From the NCBI GenBank assembly GCA_965226485.1, contig OZ245363.1, positions 2,170,817 to 2,234,816 of the forward strand: a DNA stretch of 64,000 nucleotides. Direction: 5' to 3'. The notes under the pieces are model-generated. The model saw nothing but the letters and a program-made list of their open reading frames with translations. It had not been told where the DNA came from and searched no databases. The position numbers and the translations under genes were made by a program. Positions 51,916 to 63,033 of the stretch are shown one piece after another. The stretch is from Spirochaetaceae bacterium (GTDB lineage: Bacteria > Spirochaetota > Spirochaetia > DSM-2461). How positions within the stretch are numbered: position 1 is the first letter of the stretch; each line of letters starts with the position of its first letter.

Positions 51916-53019
51916 CTAGACTCTCCTTCTTTCGAAATCGATACGTGGATCGACTATGGTGTACATGAAATCGGAAATCAAACTCATCGCTAAACCCAGA
52001 AGAGTTGAGATGTAGAGAGTGCCGAAGATGACCGGATAATCCCGCTGCATTACGGCCTCGAAACCCAAAAGCCCAAGTCCATTGAGGGAAAAAATAGTTT
52101 CGATAATCACAGAAGAAGTGAAAAGCATGGAAACAAAGGCACCGGGAAAACCGGCGATGATGAGGAGCATGGCATTGCGGAACACATGGCCGATGAGTAT
52201 TCGGTTTTCGGAGAGCCCCTTGGCTTTTGCCGTCATTACATATTGCTTGCCTATCTCATTCATGAATGAGTTCTTCGTCAATAAAGTGAGGGACGCAAAG
52301 CCCCCGATGAGCATGGCCATGAGTGGGAGGGTTAAATGCCAGAAATAGTCGACAATCTTCATCCCCAGGCTTAGATTCTTCCAGTGGGGAGACACCAGCC
52401 CTCGAAGTGGAAAGATGGAGAGGAAGGATCCCCCGGAAAATAGGACAATAAGCAAAATAGCAAACAAGAATGATGGAACGGCATTCCCGAATACTATCAA
52501 CGCACTGGTCCATCGATCAAAGCGCGACCCGTCACGAATGGCCTTTCGTATACCCAGGGGAATGGACACGAGATAGACGAGGAGTGTGGTCCAGAGTCCA
52601 AGAGAAATCGACACTGGCATGCGTTCGAGCACAAGATTCACAACGGAACGAGCCTTGAAGAGACTGTCCCCAAAGTCGAAGAGGATGTAGTTACGGAGCA
52701 TGTGGAGGTACCGGATATGAAGAGGCTTGTCAAAACCGAATTGCCGTTCGATTTCCGCTATCACCTTCGCATCCAGACCTCTGGCACCCCGGTATGAATT
52801 CGCCGGGCCGTTGTCGGTGGAGTCTCCTGTGCCGGATTCCTGTTGGCCTGTTCCGGAGATGCGTTCCATGGCCATATTGGATGTGAGGCCCTGGGCGTTA
52901 GCTATGAATTGGTCTACCGGACCACCCGGAGCGATCTGAACGATGAAAAAGTTCAACGTGATCACCGCCCAGAGGGTGGGCAAGATTAACAACAGTCTTT
53001 TGAGGATATATGTCGCCAC
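51916..53019 (-). CDS. yejB: Peptide ABC transporter permease
   Basis: [34 protein letters not shown]. Confidence 0.9.
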   Translation of the reverse strand: MATYILKRLLLILPTLWAVITLNFFIVQIAPGGPVDQFIANAQGLTSNMAMERISGTGQQESGTGDSTDNGPANSYRGARGLDAKVIAEIERQFGFDKPLHIRYLHMLRNYILFDFGDSLFKARSVVNLVLERMPVSISLGLWTTLLVYLVSIPLGIRKAIRDGSRFDRWTSALIVFGNAVPSFLFAILLIVLFSGGSFLSIFPLRGLVSPHWKNLSLGMKIVDYFWHLTLPLMAMLIGGFASLTLLTKNSFMNEIGKQYVMTAKAKGLSENRILIGHVFRNAMLLIIAGFPGAFVSMLFTSSVIIETIFSLNGLGLLGFEAVMQRDYPVIFGTLYISTLLGLAMSLISDFMYTIVDPRIDFERRRV

Positions 53020-53023
53020 TTTG

Positions 53024-54919
53024 CTAGAGACGGGACTCTTTGGCGGGGTCTATCCACCAGGTGTTCAATCCATCGCTATATTTCGGTTTAATGGCCGGGC
53101 GGCTAAACTTGTCCCAATAAGCCACCCTGGTTGTGGGGGCGTGCCACTGAAAAATTCCGTAGTAATTCCATTGGAGCACCCTGTCTAAGGCCCTGCCCCA
53201 ATTCAGTAATTCGGCGTTGTTGTTCTGGTTGGCAACAATGCCTTCGATGAGATAGTCAATCACCGGATCGGTTACACCTGAAGCATTATATGTGCTGTCG
53301 ATGAACTCGGAATGCCAGGCAAGCTGAAGGGAAGAATCGGGATAGAAACTCCCCCCTGAGGGGCGGGAAGCCATGTCGTAATCCAGTTTCCGAATTCTGT
53401 TGATATATTGAGTTGTATCGATGAGACGGAGTTGGAGATCGACACCGATTTTTTTAAGATTCTCCTGGAAAGGTATGGCAATACGTTCGCTGACAGGGCT
53501 GACCATTATGAGTTCCAGCTCTAAGGGGGCACCACTATCGGCGTTCACCATTTTTTGGTCTTTCAAAATCCATCCGGCTTCGGAAAGGAGATTGATTGCC
53601 TTGGCCATTTGCTCACGGACATTGCCCGAACCGTCGGAGACGGAAGGCTGAAATTCCCGGGTGAATACTTCCGGGGGTATCTGGCCGCGCACACTCTCGA
53701 TGATTTCCATCTCTTCTGATGAGGGAATTCCGAATGCCTCGAAGGGGGTTCCCTGGAAATAGCTCCTTGTTCGACTATATTGGTTATAGAAGAGATTTTT
53801 GTTCAGCCATTCAAAGTCCATCATGTAACTTAATGCCTGCCTTACCCTTCTATCGCTGATCTGCTCCTTTTGGGTATTGAAGACAAAGCGCTGTATGGGC
53901 GGGGGAGTGTCGTCGGGCAATTCCTCTTTAATGATATATCCGGCATCGAAATTGGGGCCTGTATACTGAGTTGCCCATTGCTTTGCGACATTCTCTATTC
54001 TTAAATCTATCTCGCCGGCTTTCAAGGCTTCGAGTTTGACTACTTCGTCACGGTACATATCGTAGCGGATATATTCGAAATTTAAGGTTCCCTTTATGAC
54101 CGGAATATCCATTGCCCAATAATCCCGCAGTCGTTCATATTCCACATACTGCCCCATGGCATAATCTGATACCACATAGGCCCCACTTCCCATTGGTGGT
54201 TCCAATAATGGTTCGGTGAAATCCTTCCCCTCCCAGAACTGGGGCGGCAGAACGGGGGTGCCCCCAAGAGAAATCAGAATGTCCTTGCTACCTTCGCTGA
54301 GTGAGAATTTCACCCGCCCCTCATCAAGAGCCTCGACGGATGATACGGTTTCATAGTAGGTACGAAACTGAGGAACTCCTTCACGTAAGAATTTATTGAA
54401 GGAAAAAACAACGTCTTCGGCTACTATGGGCCGACCGTCTTGATGCCGTGCCTCAGGGCGAAGGTGAAAGATTATCCATGTATAATCGGGGGAATACTCT
54501 ATCTTCTGTGCGATGAGCCCGTAATACACTTCAATTTCGTCCTCACTTTGCGTAAGGAGAGTGTCGTAGAATCTTTCTGCTCCAGGTGCTGAATCACCCC
54601 GCCTCGCATAGCGATGAAAGCTATCGAAGGTGCCGGTGCCTGCCATCACGATGGTGCCGCCTTTGGAAGCCTCGGGATTCACATATTCGAAGTGAGTGAA
54701 GCCATCGGGATATTTGGGTGTGCTACGCAGGGAAATAGCATGGGTGACGATAAATCCATCGGCATTGATCTCTTCAACGGGATTAGGGGGCACCTCCCGA
54801 TTTGGATCGGCCACAGCGGCAGTGCCTTTAGCTTCAGGTGCTTCCTGATCGGGTACCTTGCGGGGAGAGCAAGCACTGAATAGTGACAAGAGAAGCATTC
54901 CCAATAACCACGATTTCAT
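53024..54919 (-). CDS. yejA: Peptide ABC transporter solute-binding lipoprotein
   Basis: [37 protein letters not shown]; lipobox FSA-C. Confidence 0.88.
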   Translation of the reverse strand: MKSWLLGMLLLSLFSACSPRKVPDQEAPEAKGTAAVADPNREVPPNPVEEINADGFIVTHAISLRSTPKYPDGFTHFEYVNPEASKGGTIVMAGTGTFDSFHRYARRGDSAPGAERFYDTLLTQSEDEIEVYYGLIAQKIEYSPDYTWIIFHLRPEARHQDGRPIVAEDVVFSFNKFLREGVPQFRTYYETVSSVEALDEGRVKFSLSEGSKDILISLGGTPVLPPQFWEGKDFTEPLLEPPMGSGAYVVSDYAMGQYVEYERLRDYWAMDIPVIKGTLNFEYIRYDMYRDEVVKLEALKAGEIDLRIENVAKQWATQYTGPNFDAGYIIKEELPDDTPPPIQRFVFNTQKEQISDRRVRQALSYMMDFEWLNKNLFYNQYSRTRSYFQGTPFEAFGIPSSEEMEIIESVRGQIPPEVFTREFQPSVSDGSGNVREQMAKAINLLSEAGWILKDQKMVNADSGAPLELELIMVSPVSERIAIPFQENLKKIGVDLQLRLIDTTQYINRIRKLDYDMASRPSGGSFYPDSSLQLAWHSEFIDSTYNASGVTDPVIDYLIEGIVANQNNNAELLNWGRALDRVLQWNYYGIFQWHAPTTRVAYWDKFSRPAIKPKYSDGLNTWWIDPAKESRL

Positions 54920-54932
54920 TTCATGTTCCTTT

Positions 54933-55077
54933 AGGGCACCTCCAGGTAGACTTTAAAAACTCCCATTTTTCCTGACTCGAGCTTCTCCGCCTACCTGTGC
55001 GTGTCCGATGCAGACAGGGCACAGGCAGGCAAAAATCTCTTCGTCAATTTCCTGAAGCTGTTTTTTGGAGGCCCCCT
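54933..55077. mobile_element. Small MITE-like element upstream of yejA
   Basis: Imperfect IRs AGGGCACCTCCA / TGGAGGCCCCCT (10/12); internal CCTACCTGTG...CACAGGCAGG palindrome. Confidence 0.45.
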
Positions 55078-55199
55078 TTAATGTGAGCATAGAACACCTG
55101 ACGCAATGAGTCAAACTGCATCATGAAATCTAAATGGAATTCGCCCTGGCAATCTGGGGCTGGCTATCTCATTATAGGGAACCTCTAAAGTCTCTTTCA

Positions 55200-55396
55200 A
55201 AACTAACATTGTGCTGTTAAGACTAATCGAAGATTTTGTCCCGCCCATCAACGAGAATCGAGCCGTTACAGGAAGAAAAGCTTACGCCATGATGCCGTGC
55301 ATCAGAGCTTTTCTAGCCAAACCGTTTTTCAAACTTGAATCCAATAGAGATCTTATTCTTCGATTACAACGGGATTTATTTTTTAAGGTGGAATAA
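55200..55396 (+). pseudogene. IS5/IS1182-like transposase N-terminal (DUF772-type) remnant
   Basis: TGRKAYAMMPCIRAFLAKPFFKLESNRDLILRLQRD; AGGGAACCTCTAAA end-like motif just upstream. Confidence 0.5.
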
Positions 55397-55493
55397 GAAA
55401 CATAGTCGATTCTTATTAATAAGACTTCATTTTCATAGGTATATGAGGGGTGAGTTTCTAGTGCTGAAATAGGCTTATTTATTCATTGTTTTT

Positions 55494-55562
55494 AAACGCT
55501 GAGATCGCTGAGATCGAAGAGTAATTTCTTTTCTCTGCGTAACTCTGTGTTCTCAGCGGTTT
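55494..55562. repeat. REP-like hairpin
   Basis: AAACGCTGAGA ... CTCTGTGTTCTCAGCGGTTT. Confidence 0.5.
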
Positions 55563-55762
55563 CAAATTCCTTACACCACCACCTCGTCAGTATTTTATAT
55601 GTTAAAGTAAATTGTGTCCTATGTCGGCAATACTTTGCTTAAGTGCAGTGAAGATTCTACAGTATACTCACTTGCCCGAATCAGAAATAGCGGCATAGCC
55701 TATTAAAGAAATAATTCTGGTGTCTCATTTTTGGTATCATCGGCGAAGAATGTCCTGAAAAG

Positions 55763-55915
55763 GAATGTTCCAGAGAAATTGCCAATGTTTTTCATGTTTA
55801 TCTATTTATAGAGAAAGATGTTAACGCCTATTTTTCAGTTTTGTCTTAGTGTGTGCTTTTACCTCCCGATTATGGGCTATGGTCGCAGGCAAAACCACAT
55901 TTGCCGCCTCAAGTC
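55763..55915. repeat. Repeat family C, copy 2
   Basis: Aligns by eye to 1-150 and 58553-58690. Confidence 0.75.
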
Positions 55916-56329
55916 CCTCCTGGACTGTTACATCAGCCTACCCAGCATTTGTTCAACTCCCTTTTAACAAGGTATGAGAGCATGACAGCAAAAACATGGC
56001 CACGCGTTGATCCCTCTTTCCGCACGAATACAGGGCTTAAGTTCCAGGTAGCCACGTTTTCAGATTGAGACTTTCCTGCTGAAATTTTTCATAAAGACTC
56101 ATAAATCATGGGTGCCATATTGCATTTACACAAGAAGTTAATTCCGAAGTCCGACAGACTCCTAGAAATAGCGTGTCCTGGTCGCACGCCGTAATGAGAA
56201 CCAGGCAGACGAAGAAATTCACTGCATTGAATATCTTCAAGTCTGAAGAAAATAATTGAAGCATGTCCGAGAAGAGTTCTTGACAATGCTCGCAGGAGAA
56301 TGTGACCATCTCACTTAAGCTTTTTGTTT

Positions 56330-56491
56330 GGGACTGTGTCAGATTCCAGGGGGTGGGTCAGAATGATGGATTTGGTCTGCAGGCAAGGCGGCGAAAAGTT
56401 CTGAAAGCGGAGTGTACATGCTGTACATGAGCATTTCAGGTTTTTTCGCCAACGCCGTATGCGGGCCAAAGGCGCATTCTGACACAGCCCC
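56330..56491 (-). mobile_element. MITE family copy (one internal unit, doubled end), reverse orientation
   Basis: GGGACTGTGTCAGATT...ATTCTGACACAGCCCC; internal part is the reverse complement of the 4268 unit. Confidence 0.85.
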
Positions 56492-56516
56492 TATGTGCAA
56501 GAAGCGTGGAGAACCA

Positions 56517-57509
56517 ATGAAACCAATGACCGTACTGCTAACCGGCGGATCCGGCTTTCTCGGATCGCATATCGCCGAACAGCTCTGCCAGGATGGATGC
56601 AGAGTCCGTGCCATCGTCCGAATGACAAGTGACACGTCGTTTCTGGAAACACTCAACAGCACAGAAATCATCAGGCTTTCTATGGCCGATACCCATGGTG
56701 TACGTGAAGCGGTAGAGGGGGTTGATGCGATTATTCACTCAGCCGCAGTGCTCAAGGCCACACACGAGGAAACCTTCAAAAAGGTCAATGTTGATTATAC
56801 AATCAATCTCCTCGATGCCGTATCGCAAACCGGAACCAAGTTGAAGCGGTTTGTCCATATTTCCAGCCTTGCCGCCGTTGGCTCCAGTGGCACGGGTGAA
56901 ATCATCCGCAATGATGCCCCCGCTACCCCGCTCACCCGTTATGGGAAGAGCAAACTTGCCTCGGAACAGGCCGCTAAAAGCAAATCGGATCACATTCCCA
57001 TCACAATATTGCGTCCTGTCAGTCTTTATGGACCGCGAGACAGGGCTACTCTGACGATGTTTAAATGCGTTAAACATCGTCTCTTGCCCTATCTCAGTTC
57101 ACCGCATACCCGAATCATGCTTCTCTACGGGCCCGATTTTGCCCGTGCATGCATTCAAGCGATTCATGCAAACGTCCCTAGCGGGTCATCCTATCTTGTC
57201 GACGATGGACAAGTCCACACTTGGGAAGAGCTACTCTCTACGATAGAATCAATTATGGGGAAAAAGGCATGGGTTCGCTTCACCATTCCCCGTCCACTTA
57301 TCGTTGCCGTGGCCACTGCTTTGGACATGTATAGCAAATTAGCTAAGAGGGCATTTATGCTTTCCCGGGACAAGCTTCAAGAACTCTGCGAAGAATTCGT
57401 CACAGATGGAGAAGATGCCTGTACCAATCTCAAGTGGAGACCAAAGACACATATTAGAGAAGGGTTACTTCACACTTTGGATTGGTATAGAAAAAATGGC
57501 TGGTTATAA
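56517..57509 (+). CDS. NAD-dependent epimerase/dehydratase family protein
   Basis: TGGSGFLG, HISSLAA, YGKSK, RPVSLYGP. Confidence 0.9.
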   Translation: MKPMTVLLTGGSGFLGSHIAEQLCQDGCRVRAIVRMTSDTSFLETLNSTEIIRLSMADTHGVREAVEGVDAIIHSAAVLKATHEETFKKVNVDYTINLLDAVSQTGTKLKRFVHISSLAAVGSSGTGEIIRNDAPATPLTRYGKSKLASEQAAKSKSDHIPITILRPVSLYGPRDRATLTMFKCVKHRLLPYLSSPHTRIMLLYGPDFARACIQAIHANVPSGSSYLVDDGQVHTWEELLSTIESIMGKKAWVRFTIPRPLIVAVATALDMYSKLAKRAFMLSRDKLQELCEEFVTDGEDACTNLKWRPKTHIREGLLHTLDWYRKNGWL

Positions 57510-57676
57510 CACATCCTTATCTTATTAACTGTGTGATGTAAGCAATTGGAACATTCGTAATTAAGACAAGAAGCTGATTCCCCAGTCTTGCCGTGTAAGT
57601 TGAGCTATTACTACAGTGACGTAAAAAAACCAGGCCAGAAAAATCCAACCGGATTTTTTATTGTCACACTGTAATT

Positions 57677-57997
57677 CTATTCTATCGACAATACACGGGA
57701 AAGGGCGACAGATCGCTTGCGGTTGTTGACTTCTACTTGGACCTTGTTCGCAAAAATACCGAGAACCGTCGCTTCTACAACTTTGTTAGTCGGACTACTC
57801 TGTTTGAACGAGATAGTTTGCCCAATTTTAATCTTATTCCTCAACTTACTTGCGTCTTGTTCTTTCAATGTCCGTTGAACAGCTCTTTCCTTCAACCGAA
57901 GCTCTATAGCGACTTCATTTTTCAATATCTTTAAGTCTGGAACACTCAAAGATCCGAGGACATTCGCAAATTTTAATGCTTTTCTAGGTCTTGCCAT
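57677..57997 (-). CDS. Small basic hypothetical protein
   Basis: SD AAGGAG, consensus promoter upstream; K/R-rich, helical N-half and beta-rich C-half. Confidence 0.75.
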   Translation of the reverse strand: MARPRKALKFANVLGSLSVPDLKILKNEVAIELRLKERAVQRTLKEQDASKLRNKIKIGQTISFKQSSPTNKVVEATVLGIFANKVQVEVNNRKRSVALSRVLSIE

Positions 57998-58029
57998 ATG
58001 TTACTCCTTAATTATAGCGTATGAAATAT

Positions 58030-58058
58030 ACTATATTAAAATATTGTTTAATGGTCAA
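58030..58058 (-). promoter_or_regulatory. Sigma70-type promoter
   Basis: Minus strand TTGACC-N17-TATAGT. Confidence 0.6.
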
Positions 58059-58552
58059 GAAATATAGAATAAAAAAATTCCACTATGGTGAAATTCTTCT
58101 GAAAAGACCACTTGTTGGGGCCCTCAAAAGCAGTTTTCGGAGGCTGACAGCACCGTAACAGCCTGGAGATATTGTCAAAAGCTATGGATAGGATGAAAAA
58201 AAAGCCAATCCTCTTGTAAAATAATAGTGTTCAAACCAATGCAATCGGGAGGTATTCTATGGATAAAGAAACTACCACAGGAACAGAATTTTGTAAGAGA
58301 GCGACAGATGGTCTTCGCAGGGAATTGTATTACGGGAGGGAACTCGAAATATGCTTCAGTGGGCACTGAAACACGAGAGTGAAGAACATCTTCAGAAACA
58401 CTCTCAAACCGATAAAATAGTCATCGTCTTGCTGTTCGCAATGGCTATCATCCCGTAAAGGAAGATTGTCACCGGCATAGGTCCAATGCCTGTCAAAGTT
58501 CCTCGGGGAGATAACCGAGAAGCGGGTCCATATAGAGAGAAGCCATTTACAG

Positions 58553-58690
58553 CGGATGTTCCAGCGGAATTGGTACTGTTTCTCATAGCTATCTATTTAT
58601 ATCAAAAGATATTAACGCCTATTTTTCAGTTTCGTTTCAGTATGTACTATTACCTCCCGATTATAAGCTATAGTCGTCGGCAAAATCACA
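58553..58690. repeat. Repeat family C, copy 3 (abuts array B3)
   Basis: Aligns by eye to 1-150. Confidence 0.75.
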
Positions 58691-61102
58691 GTGAAATGCC
58701 TCCCCTGGCGGGCACGCCCAGAAACGCATGCTTCGAAGCGGAATGTATTTCCCGGCGGGCACGCCCAGAAACGCATGCCCCGAAGTGGAATGCATCCCCC
58801 GCCGGGCACGCCCAGAAACGTATGCTTCGAAGCGGAATGCCTCCCCCGGCGGGCACGCCCAGAAACGCATGCTTCGAAGCGGAATGCCTCTTACGCCGGG
58901 CACGCCCAGAAACGCATGCTTCGAAGCGGAATGCCTCTCACGCCGGGTGCGCCCAAAAACGCATGCCCCGAAGCGTGATGCCTTCCCCGGCGGGCACGCC
59001 CAGAAACGCATGCTTCGAAGCGGAATGTATTTCCCGCCGGGCACGCCCTGAAACGCATGCTCCGAAGCGGAATGTATCTCCCGGCGGGCACGCCCAGAAA
59101 CGTATGCTTCGAAGCGGAATGCATCTTACGCCGGGTGCACCCAAAAACGCATGCCCCGAAGCGTGATGCCTTCCCCGGCGGGCACGCCCAGAAACGCATG
59201 CTTCGAAGCGGAATGTATTTCCCGCCGGGCACGCCCTGAAACGCATGCTCCGAAGCGGAATGTATCTCCCGGCGGGCACGCCCAGAAACGTATGCTTCGA
59301 AGCGGAATGCATCTTACGCCGGGTGCACCCAAAAACGCATGCCCCGAAGCGTGATGCCTTCCCCGGCGGGCACGCCCAGAAACGCATCCCCCGAAGCGGA
59401 ATGCATCCCCCGGCGGGCACGCCCAAAAACGCATGCCCCGAAGCGAAATGCATCCCCCGGCGGGCACGCCCAGAAACGCATCCCCCGAAGCGTGATGCCT
59501 CCCCCGCCGGGCACGCCCAAAAACGCATGCCCCGAAGCGGAATGCATCCCCCGGCGGGCACGCCCAAAAACGCATGCCCCGAAGCGTGATGCATCCCCCG
59601 GCGGGCACGCCCAGAAACGCATGCCCCGAAGCGAAATGCCTCCCCCGCCGGGCACGCCCAGAAACGCATGCTTCGAAGCGGAATGCCTCCCCCGCCGGGC
59701 ACGCCCAAAAACGCATGCCCCGAAGCGTGATGCATCCCCCGGCGGGCACGCCCAGAAACGCATGCTCCGAAGCGGAATGCTTCCCCCGGCGGGCGCGCCC
59801 AGAAACGCATGCCCCGAAGCGTGATGCCTCCCACACCGGGCACGCCCAGAAACGCATCCCCCGAAGCGTGATGCCTTCCCCGGCGGGCACGCCCATAAAC
59901 GCATCCCCCGAAGCGGAATGCCTCTCCCGCCGGGCACGCCCAGAAACGTATGCTTCGAAGCGGAATGCCTCCCCCGCCGGGCACGCCCAGAAACGCATGC
60001 TTCGAAGCGGAATGCCTCCCCCGCCGGGCACGCCCAGAAACGCATCCACCGAAGCGTAATGCATCTTACGCCGGGCACGCCCAGAAATGCATGCTTCGAA
60101 GCGGAATGTATCCCCCGGCGGGCGCGCCCAGAAACGCATGCCCCGAAGCGAAATGCATCCCCTGGCGGGCACGCCCAGAAACGCATGCCCCGAAGTGAAA
60201 TGCATCCCCCGGCGGGCACGCCCAGAAACGCATGCCCCGAAGCGAAATGCATCCCCCGGCGGGCACGCCCAGAAACGCATCCCCCGAAGCGTGATGCCTC
60301 CCACACCGGGCACGCCCAGAAACGCATCCCCCGAAGCGTGATGCCTTCCCCGGCGGGCACGCCCAGAAACGCATGCTTCGAAGCGGAATGTATTTCCCGC
60401 CGGGCACGCCCTGAAACGCATGCTCCGAAGCGGAATGCCTCTCCCGCCGGGTGCACCCAAAAACGCATGCCCCGAAGCGGAATGCCTCCCCCGCCGGGCA
60501 CGCCCAGAAACGCATGCTTCGAAGCGGAATGCATCCCCCGGCGGGCACGCCCAGAAACGCATCCCCCGAAGCGGAATGCATCCCCCGGCGGGCACGCCCA
60601 GAAACGCATCCCCCGAAGCGAAATGCATCCCCCGGCGGGCACGCCCAGAAACGCATGCCTCGAAGCGTGATGCATCTCCCGGCGGGCACGCCCAGAAACG
60701 CATGCTTCGAAGCGGAATGTCTCTTACGCCGGGCACGCCCAGAAACGCATGCTTCGAAGCGGAATGCCTCTTACGCCGGGCACGCCCAGAAACGCATGCC
60801 CCGAAGCGTGATGCATCCCCCGCCGGGCACGCCCAGAAACGTATGCTTCGAAGCGGAATGTATCTCCCGCCGGGCACGCCCAGAAACGCATGCCCCGAAG
60901 CGAAATGCTTCCCCCGCCGGGCACGCCCAGAAACGCATGTCCCGAAGCGGAATGCCTTCCCCGGCGGGCACGCCCAGAAACGCATGCCCCGAAGCGTGAT
61001 GCCTCTCACGCCGGGCACGCCCAGAAACGCATGCTCCGAAGCGTGATGCATCCCCCGGCGGGCACGCCCAGAAACGCATGCTCCGAAGCGTGATGCATCC
61101 CC
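58691..61102. repeat. Array B3: ~51 units of the 47-bp repeat
   Basis: Continuous 47-bp periodicity over ~2.4 kb. Confidence 0.95.
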
Positions 61103-61276
61103 TCCAAGTGCGATTTCACCCAGATACCTCAAGATTACCCATCATAGATAATCTGTTTCCTGTATTAGGCTATAGTGCCCCGAAGATTTGGGGTGGTTCA
61201 ATAGATGGATGCATGTGTTTGCTCTCTACCACTAAGCTTGAGGACACTATAAGAGGTATAAGGAATCTTCTGCAAA

Positions 61277-61505
61277 GATGGTGAATTCGTTGGATGCTAC
61301 ATGAAAATGAAGGATTTTGTTCTTTTTTCATCCACAGCATCTGGCAATAACCCTGAAACGGGGATGTCGCTACTCACCTCGGTGATGAGCAATGAGCCGG
61401 TTAACAGGCTCCCAGTTTAAGGCACTGGAGAGAAAAGTCCGCCCCAAAGAGGGTCACCCAGATATTGATTTCCGAATTTACGGAAAACGAGATATTGCGT
61501 GAATT
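61277..61505 (+). ncRNA. Probable group II intron domain I fragment (IIB/CL-like), truncated
   Basis: GGATGCTACATG...CATCCACAGCATCTGGCAATAACC.TGAAACGGG..GTCGC...GAGCAATGAGC...CAGTTTAAGGCACTGG.GAGAAAAGTC...AAACGAGAT resembles, from memory, IIB intron DI; no RT or domain V/VI seen. Confidence 0.4.
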
Positions 61506-61517
61506 AGAAATTGCGAA

Positions 61518-62981
61518 TTACAACTTCAGAGACTTCATTCCTTGCATCTTGGAACGCAGAATTTTCCCACAAATTTCGATGGGATGGCTTCGAATCGACT
61601 CATTAATCTTTATTAGTTCATCATCATCCACTTCCAAATCTTTTGGAAAAATGGCCCCTAGGTCTTCTGGCCCCACTGCGGACATGAACTCCTTTAGAAG
61701 AGGAATGCAACTATTTGAAAACAGATAATTTCCATATTCGGCCGTATCAGAGATAACCCGATTCATTTCATAGAGCTTCTTCCTACTTATAAGATTAGCG
61801 ATGAGCGGAAGCTCATGAAGAGATTCATAGTAGGCAGATTCTTCCTTGATGCCCGATTCCACCATCACCTCAAAAGCTAATTCAATACCAGCTTTTACGA
61901 AGGCTACCATAAGTGTGCCTTCATCAAAATAGCTTTGATAGGGAAGTTTTTTAGTTCCGGAGATTCTTTCAAAGGCCACCGCACCTGTTTCTTCCCGCCA
62001 TGCCAGAAGGTCTTTATCTCCATTGTTCCAGTCCAACATCATCGTCCGGGAGAACTCGCCTGAAAGGATATTATCCATGTGCTTCCTATATAAGGAAGCC
62101 AGGAGAGCCTTGAGCTGTTCCGAAAGCGTGTGGGCACGAACTTTGGCCGAATTCGATAATCGGTCCATCATATGAGTGATTCCGCCATGTTTAAGGGCTT
62201 CGGTAATGCCTTCCCACCCGAATTGAACTAACGAGGCGGCATGTTTTTCTTCAATGCCGAATTCTATCATTTTATCATAGCAGAGAAGGGTGCCACTCTG
62301 GAGCATACCGCAAAGGATTGTTTGTTCTCCCATGAGATCAGACTTAACCTCGGCGGTAAATGAAGAAGCAAGTACACCAGCATGATGCGATCCCAAGCCG
62401 ACCGCATAGGCCTTGGCGATTCCCCATCCCTTGTGTTCAGGGTCATTGAGTGGATGAACAGCGATCAAAGTGGGAACACCAAATCCGCGCTTATACTCGG
62501 CACGCACTTCCGACCCCGGACTCTTGGGGGCTATCATGATGACGGTTATATCGTCACGAATTTGAATGCCTTCTTCCACAATGTTGAAACCATGTGAATA
62601 ACCAAGAACCGCCCCCTTCTTCATGAGAGGCATGATTTTTTTAACCACGGAACTGTGTTGCTTGTCAGGAGTGAGATTCATCACCACATCGGCCTTCGGT
62701 ATAAGCTGATCAAAGGATCCCACCTCAAAACCATTGTCTATGGCACTTTGCCAAGATTGCCGTTTCTCACTGATGGATTGTTCCCGAAGGGCATATGCGA
62801 CATTCATGCCGCTGTCTCGAAGATTGAGTCCCTGGTGCAAACCTTGGGCACCACAACCGAGGATAACAATCCTCTTATTCTCAAGAGCCTGCATCTCATT
62901 AAATTCATTCACACTCATGAAGCGGCAAACTCCAAGCTGTTGAACTTGTTCTCTAAATCGAAGCGAATTGAAGTAATTCAT
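61518..62981 (-). CDS. ilvC: Ketol-acid reductoisomerase, long (class II) form
   Basis: MNYFNSL start with SD; [25 protein letters not shown]; ~487 aa. Confidence 0.95.
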   Translation of the reverse strand: MNYFNSLRFREQVQQLGVCRFMSVNEFNEMQALENKRIVILGCGAQGLHQGLNLRDSGMNVAYALREQSISEKRQSWQSAIDNGFEVGSFDQLIPKADVVMNLTPDKQHSSVVKKIMPLMKKGAVLGYSHGFNIVEEGIQIRDDITVIMIAPKSPGSEVRAEYKRGFGVPTLIAVHPLNDPEHKGWGIAKAYAVGLGSHHAGVLASSFTAEVKSDLMGEQTILCGMLQSGTLLCYDKMIEFGIEEKHAASLVQFGWEGITEALKHGGITHMMDRLSNSAKVRAHTLSEQLKALLASLYRKHMDNILSGEFSRTMMLDWNNGDKDLLAWREETGAVAFERISGTKKLPYQSYFDEGTLMVAFVKAGIELAFEVMVESGIKEESAYYESLHELPLIANLISRKKLYEMNRVISDTAEYGNYLFSNSCIPLLKEFMSAVGPEDLGAIFPKDLEVDDDELIKINESIRSHPIEICGKILRSKMQGMKSLKL

Positions 62982-63033
62982 AATATCATCTCCAGACAAT
63001 GTAGCTGAATTGTAAAGACAATTATAGAGAGAG

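Noticed and set aside
56412-56516. N-terminal extension of the epimerase ORF (likewise 33397-33477, 31832-31876, 11768-11788, 62982-62999)
   Set aside because: Extensions derive from MITE, attC or leader sequence; downstream starts fit homolog-like N-termini or SD sites
58259-58370. Short SD-led ORF MDKETTTGTEFCKRA (IS3 OrfA-like)
   Set aside because: 36 codons with only vague similarity
58691-61102. CRISPR or TIGR-type guide array interpretation of array B
   Set aside because: Variable slots are 3-7 nt with few alleles, not unique guides; no Cas or Nop-domain gene nearby
61428-61445. GAAAAGTCCG as RNase P RNA
   Set aside because: Following sequence lacks the rnpB continuation and there is too little space before ilvC
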